Shown one piece after another: positions 56,721-64,000 of a stretch of DNA of 64,000 nucleotides (within the stretch, counting starts at the first letter, position 1; every line of letters starts with the position of its first letter). Below the pieces are notes generated by a model. That model was given only the letters and a program-made list of their open reading frames with translations. It was not told the DNA's origin and did no database searches. Both the position numbers and the translations under genes were made by a program. The DNA comes from Octopus sinensis (Eukaryota): NCBI RefSeq assembly GCF_006345805.1, contig NC_043001.1, forward strand, positions 53,568,001 to 53,632,000. The letters are read 5' to 3'.

Positions 56721-57236
56721 TAATTCCTATATAGTTCCTCATATGTACAACCATCTGATTGTATTTGTATATGTGTGCATACACCCATGTGTGCGTGTAT
56801 ATGTATGAGTGAGTGCATGCGTGTATGTATGTGGGTATGTGTAAATATATCTACGCATGCAAGGTATATATACCTGCATATAGAGGGGCGATGATACATG
56901 CAGACGAACGTATAAGTGAGCGTGCATGAGTACATCTTACATTGCTTATAAACTCTATATTTGGAAGGAACCATTTTAAACACTGTTGGACTTTTGGACT
57001 TTTGGACTTTATTCATAGGATATTGGAATATTGCATATATAGCACTATGCCTTAAAACACTGATTTTACAACATCAATATCCATACATATCTTGCATTTA
57101 TTTACTTTCCTCCACCTCTCTCTCTATTTTGTATCACATCTAAACTAATTATGGTCTGTCTATAACACTTATTCAGCATTGCCTGATCCCTTCGGGTCTC
57201 AATGACACCATTATCTCTTATAACCTCAAATTCTCG

Positions 57237-57268
<32 letters not shown>

Positions 57269-57270
57269 TA

Positions 57271-57367
<97 letters not shown>

Positions 57368-58654
57368 ATATATATATATATATAATATATATATATATAT
57401 ATTATATATATATATATATATATATGTTTATGAATGTACATGGAATCTGTCTGCATTATATATAATGCAGAAAACCTTCGTATCTTTGATGATTGAATCT
57501 ACTGAATCCAGTCAAAAATTAATTATATAAGTAGAAATTATCATCATACTTATTGAAAACAATTTCGGGATCACTCACATCATGTTTATTAATCATTAGT
57601 AATATCTACTTCGAGATTCTTCAGAAAGCATATCTGTAGTTTTCAGACTGGAAGCGGATGTCGATTATAATATAACTTCTTAGTAAATTATCGAAACTTC
57701 AAATAACTTCTAAGCACATGCGCTTTCCTTATTCCGTACATTCAAAGTAGTTATCGTAAGCTTTCTTTAGTCTCTTCATTTCCCAATTGACTTCAAAAGT
57801 TTAGTGGTATTCACTCAGTTTACAACTGACTAAATAAACTGCCAGGCGTTAATAATTCGTTTTCAAAGCGTTATATAATCTACTATTTATAATATCGAGT
57901 TTTGTGTGTATGTGTGTTTGTGAGTTTAGTGTAATCGAAAAGATAAGCATGAAACACAACAATGACCATGGATTTTTCAGCTGGATGACAGAATAATCGC
58001 TGTGATATAAAGACATCAATGTTGGGTCTAAGGCTCGGATGACAGTACTGGACAAAATACTTTCGAGAACGTTACGAGTTCAAATCCCGTCGAGACAGAC
58101 ATTGCAAATTATCATTTCCAGATCTATAAAATAAATTGACATTAATTGATTAGTTCGAGATCAACGTAATCAGCCATCCCCACCGCTCCAAAATGTCCCT
58201 GGCCTTGAACCAGAATTAGAAAACAATATGTATGTTCGATTGACTGGACGAAGCCATTCTTCAGGAGTGTAGTTCCGCTCTCACATAAGTAAATGAAAAA
58301 AATATATCATCGGAAATATTTTCAAAACTATTTTTAATATATTAAACAAAATGTAAAAATAATATCTGTATGATAGAGTGGGGAGTGTATCTGTAAGTGC
58401 CTTCGTAATAATTTTAAATTGACTTGAGATATTGCCTGAAGTGATTCATGAAAATGTAATTAGAATATAGATTATGGAAATATTTACAGTGAAAAATATA
58501 CAAATTGAGTAAGGTTGGGATTTATTTCTATAAATGGGATTGATATGCTATTTAGAAATGTTTAAACGTAAACACACGTATGTATGTAGTTCTGTCTTAA
58601 TGCATATACATGCATATTATGTCTACATGTATATATTTATACATGTATGTGTAA

Positions 58655-58713
<59 letters not shown>

Positions 58714-58827
58714 TTATCAAAACAGCTATATGTAAATATATATATATATAGATAGATAAGTAGATAGTCAGATAGACAGACAGACAGATAGATAGACAGG
58801 TAGATAGACAGGTAGATAGATAGATAT

Positions 58828-58871
<44 letters not shown>

Positions 58872-59625
58872 TAGATAGATAGATAGATAGATAGAAAGTG
58901 GGAGAGAGAATGCGGGAGATAGTAAAATGTATGGACACATGTTTGTACACACATATACATAACACAAATGCGCGTGCACACATATTTATACATGAAAAGT
59001 GTTTGGGGTTGTAGGTAAGTATGCATGTATGTATTTGCACGATCGTTGTTTATGGATACGCGATAAATTATAAACATAACATCATTACTAAAACATACTC
59101 ACCTTATATAATAATGTTCCTGTAATACGAAACTCAAAAGCCCTCATTCTGTCTCCGTTTTATGCTTTACTATCATCCGTGCTTAATCTCACAATATCCT
59201 GGTCTTAGTCATATTTGATGAAATGAAAATAGGCGAGTCAGTGCCGTGATAAATTGTTCAGGGATCTGCATAGCCTACACTATTCAGATATATTTGAATC
59301 GCTGTATAGTAATTCTCTCATATCAACAGTCACTTATACGAATAAACTGTCACTCATAAAAGGAAACTTAATTGATTCGCAATAATATTTTGAAAAATAT
59401 AAGAACACATTATAATTTCGTGATATTAATATTTAGAATATAAATTCCTTATAGTTTCTGAGACTACAGTCGTATTCTATGTCGAAAGATAAAGGCACAC
59501 ATGACTTTTTGCTACCAAAGTATACTAAGTACAATTCATTGAAATACACATACACACATACGTACACTAAGATAAGTGCCTATATATATTTATTATATAC
59601 ATGCAAATGTATATTTACGTTTACA

Positions 59626-59751
<126 letters not shown>

Positions 59752-59766
59752 TATAAATATAGATAT

Positions 59767-59802
<36 letters not shown>

Positions 59803-59806
<4 letters not shown>

Positions 59807-62525
59807 CTTTCTTTATTGGCCACACAGGGCTGGACACAAAGGGGACAATTACAAATGTAGAGCTTTTCTTTTCGGAGATGGAAAAGGAAAAAGAAGAAAA
59901 AAAGGAAACAAATGTAAAATTTCGATCAAAAGGGATCGGAAGAAAAAAAAGCGATCAAAAGGGATCGTGTATCACAAAAAGAAAAAGTTTTTTTTTTCAA
60001 AGTAACAAACAAGATTAGATTCATCCGTGGAAAGAAAAGCCTACAGAAAAGACCACGATAACCTCAGACAAGGAGGAAATAAACACATGAGAGCAAAGTG
60101 CTCTCTCTCTCTCTTTTACGATTTACAGGATCATGCTCAAAGTGGTTTCGTCACTCGCACAAACTTGGGCCCGGATGGCAGAGTTGCTTGAGAGCAACGC
60201 GACACTCGCGGTGCCATTCGCTCTAGCCTCGGTCTCTGTTTGATCCATGATTGTAGTTCGGCCAAGGAGACGAGCTGCGGGAAAGCGCGTCGCACAAAAG
60301 GCGACCACGCCAGTTCACCATCGTTAATGTAGCGCCGAAGATGCCAAAGTCTCAGCGCATGTCTAAGTATCCTCAACCACGGCATGCCTTGCCCTCCATT
60401 TAGCGGGTGTTGACAGCAAATGGATCGCCTAACCATCGGAACGCTTCCCTTCCACAGGAAGCGAAAGAGTATGCGTTCCAGCTTGATGATGGTAGGGCCG
60501 GGGCAAGGCACGATTGTCAAGGGTACTCGATGACGGATGCGATGTACGCGTTCGCCACCTCCGCCCGACTTCTCAGGGATAGCTTCCTGTCAGCCCATTG
60601 CTAGGCGAGAGTGGCCACCCTAGTCGTTATTTCGCCGCAGTTCTTCACCATTTGGAGGTCCGGACCGAACCAGATTCCGAGCAATTTAACCGGTCTGTCG
60701 ATCCAGTGTCCCACGATGGAGACGCTGTTGGACGGCATAGAGTTGCTTCTCCAGGTGCCGAGCCGTAAGACCACTGGCTTTTCCTGGTTAATTTTTGCTC
60801 CTGTTACCGCTTCGTATTCTTTTAGTGTCTCGCCGACCAGGTCGATGTGCTTGTGGCTCGACACTATGAAGGTGACGTCGTCCGCGTATGCAGACACGCT
60901 CCTCCGGCATCTCAGCTCTCGTGGTATGCCTCTCAGCATCACCAGTTTCCGCAGTAGTGGCTCAAGAGTCAATACACACAGAAGCGATGAGAGGGGGCAT
61001 GCTTGACGAACAGAACGTATGATGTTAAAAGGTCTGGAACGATGACCATTTACGCGAACTACGGAGCGGATGCCGCTGTATAAGGCAGTGATCCAACCGC
61101 GGAAGATGGGACCGAAACCAGCTGCTTTAAGGACAGCCTCCAAGTTGTGGTGGTCTACCCTATCGAAGTCTTTTGATTGATCCAAATTGATCAGCGCCTC
61201 ACCCATGCCAGGATCCTTAACTACCCTGTCTATGATGTAGCGCATCAGATGGAGGTTGTCATGGATACTCCTACCCAGCACGGCGCACGTTTGCGCCTTG
61301 TCTACTAGTTTCTAAATGACAAACACCAACCTCTCGGCTAACACCTTGGCCAAAATTGTCTAATCTGCGTTGAGCACAGTGATGGACCTGAAATTATCTA
61401 TGACGTCCCCCTTGTTTGGATCTTTCTTTAGCAGTGCCACTGACCCCTGCTTTACAAAGCAGGAATACTCGCGTTTTGCTGCCAGTTGCAGTAGACAGCT
61501 GCCAAGACGCTTCCAAACAAGTTTGGCATATGACAATAAAGTTCGCAGTACAGACCATCGGAGCCTGGTGACTTGTCTCTCGCGCAGCCTGCCATCGCAT
61601 CCCGTACGTCCGCAGCTGTGATGGGATTTTCACAACACTCCGCCTCTCTTGCTGAGAGTCGTAGCAGGGCATGCAGGTAGGCACTAAAGTCCACTCTGCG
61701 TTCTGACCTACCACTTGTCCCAAACAGTTGGGTAAAGTGTTGTTGAAAAGCCTCACACATCCTTTCAGGCTCGAGTAATGCGTGCCCCTGTTCATCGGTA
61801 AGTGACCTGATGGTGGCTCTGTTGCCTCGTTGCGTCTCCACCACTTGGGCCCCTCGGACGGCTTCAACTCCTTCGTCCCTCAGAGCACGCTTCCTAGCTC
61901 TGACAACGCATCCTTCGTGTTTGGCGTTGAGGTGTTGATCGAGGGCCAACCTCGCTGCCAGTACGTTGGATCCTCAGTGTCGTCAGAATCAGAAAGTGGG
62001 AGGGGAAGTGTATTGGGGGTCTATTTCTGACTGTGTTGTTGGTGTTGGTGCTGGTTGGTGACAGTTGGGGTGTGGTGTATGGGTTTTTGGAGGTGAGGTA
62101 TAGGTCTTTTTTGTTTCCTCTTCCTCCTTTGAAGTTGTTTTTGTTGGTGGTGATGATGGTGTTGCTTCTGTTCTTGGTGACGCTGGTGGTGGTGTTGTTT
62201 GGTTGGGCTGACTTGTTGGTTGGTGATCTTTCATTTGTTCATATAGATTTTTGATTAGTTGTGCTTATGGTGGTGTGGGTAGTAGTGCTGGTTTTTTGTA
62301 TGGTTTTTGGTTTTCTTATGGTTGTTGTTGTTTTTTATGGTCTTGATGTAGTTGTTGCTGTTGTTGTTTCTGTGCTAGTGGGCGCTTTCTGCCTTAGACG
62401 GCCACATGTAAACTCGAACCATTCCTCGATTGAATTCTATGTGGAATTTTCTCCTGTATCATTGGATTTATCTGAGCGAGGATGTGGATTTCTTGGCTGA
62501 TCCAGTAGTGATGGTCTACGATACC
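59803..62525 (-). mobile_element. L1/Tx1-clade LINE: 5'-truncated, internally deleted (ORF1-like remnant joined to post-endonuclease ORF2), embedded in (GATA)n
   Basis: RT motifs LDQSKDFDRVDH, VRQACPLS, YADDVT, KINQEK (ORF 60601-61281); K.PG.DG-like motif KSPGSDGL; 3' AATAAA abutting (TATC)n; several frameshifts. Confidence 0.9.
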
Positions 62526-62538
62526 GATAGATAGATAT

Positions 62539-62581
<43 letters not shown>

Positions 62582-62606
62582 TAGAGACAGACAGACATAT
62601 AGATAT

Positions 62607-62705
<99 letters not shown>

Positions 62706-62964
62706 TGTAGATAGATATATTCTGTATAAAGTAAAATAGAATATCTTTAAGTTTTCATTTATGTAATTTAAATTTAACTAATATAAACTTTGGTTAATAT
62801 CCATTTATAAATATTCCAAAAGGAAAAGAAAAATTCCAAAGTAAATTACTTTAAAAACTTAAAGTGCTCAATTTGTTAGCATTTTCTGTATTGATATTTT
62901 AAAATCCTTTTACACAATGTCCAAATTTTGTCTATCAGTATGAGCTATGTAGTCTTTTCTACTC

Positions 62965-63165
62965 TAGGCACAAGGCCAGGAAATTCTGTGGGAGGGGATC
63001 AGTCGATTAGACCTACCCAGTACGCAACTGGTATTTAATTTATCTGCTCAGATAAGATGAAACGCAAAGTCGACTCGGGGAATTTGAACTCAGAACGTAA
63101 AGACAGACGAAATAGCGCAAAGCATTTCGCCCGGCGTGCCAACGTTTCTGCCAGCTCGCCGCCTT
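62965..63165 (-). mobile_element. SINE family A
   Basis: cacaaggccagg...gaatttgaactcagaacgtaa...gccaacgtttctgccagctcgccgcc. Confidence 0.9.
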
Positions 63166-64000
63166 ATATGAGCTAAGTATTTCTCCCGCTACCATGTAGT
63201 TTATGTGTGACACGGTTTTTAGTGAGAAATATACGGTTGTCTATTAATTAAAATACGAGGAAATGCAATATCTATGCTACTTGCTCCAGTGTCTTGAACA
63301 TGCACTAGAAAATAATTTTAAAAAATAATTGTAAGACATTGTTTTTAATGGATATAAACGAGGATATTTTTCTGTTATAAAGGTAATTTGATATCACACA
63401 CGTGTTCTACCTATGTGATTTTTTTTTCATATTTAAGGATGCTATTTTCCAAAATTTCTATAATTATAGAATAGATTTTCAAAATTTTTCAAAGATTTCT
63501 AATAAAATAATAAAAAAGAAGCATTTTAAAACTTATAATTAATGAACGCAATATTAATTATAACCATCGCACTGATCTTTTCTTTTGTGGGCGATGAATT
63601 AATTGGAATTATATTACCAGGGAATATATTCATCACTGATATTATTTACTCTTTGGAAAACGATTTCTATCCTTTGAACAGTTGCATATCTGTCAAATTT
63701 TTTGAAGCTGCTTTTCATGACATTATGGTTAACTTGTGGGTCAATTGCCAATTAAGCGAGTGAAACGATTTCACTGAAATATCTATGATTAGAGTGAAAC
63801 AAACTGAAATCCACTTTTGATGTTTCCTGCCCTATTATTACACAAGTGCACTTTCTTCATTTTAGTGATTTTATAAGATAGGCAATTTATTACATAAGGT
63901 ATGCAACATATTCTACATAGGTTACGGTCGCTATGGTTTGGGTGGATACTTACGCTAAAGAATTTGTATTCATGCGATTGTGAGATGTCGATAACTTATG

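Noticed and set aside
63542-63763. 73-aa plus-strand ORF with a hydrophobic N-terminus
   Set aside because: Hydrophobicity is expected from AT-rich codons; no recognisable motif or splice support.

Overview
AT-rich, microsatellite-saturated eukaryotic DNA. The repeat families and the (AT)n/(GATA)n/(AAT)n load point to an octopus (coleoid cephalopod); this is an inference from recalled repeat types, not a database match. Most of the window is repeat-derived: several tRNA-derived SINE families (three head-to-tail dimers), decayed R4/Dong-type LINEs, Penelope-like GIY-YIG/RT fragments, mariner and other DNA-transposon relics, RTE and CR1 fragments, and an internally deleted L1/Tx1 element sitting inside a (GATA)n array. 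Almost all ORF-track entries are microsatellite or TE noise. Reading splice signals by eye gives four minus-strand exons (44743-44809, 25814-25897, 22062-22107, 3734-3932). They are phase-compatible and join into an open 131-aa C-terminal fragment with 6 Cys and 3 N-glycosylation sequons, followed by AATAAA. I cannot assign this protein to a family, and its 5' end is unresolved. Also present: two long foldback hairpins, an 833-bp-period near-exact tandem duplication, hammerhead-ribozyme-like relics and a duplicated motif block next to a CRE palindrome. No CRISPR array, rRNA or true tRNA gene was seen. TE boundaries are approximate (tens of bp).
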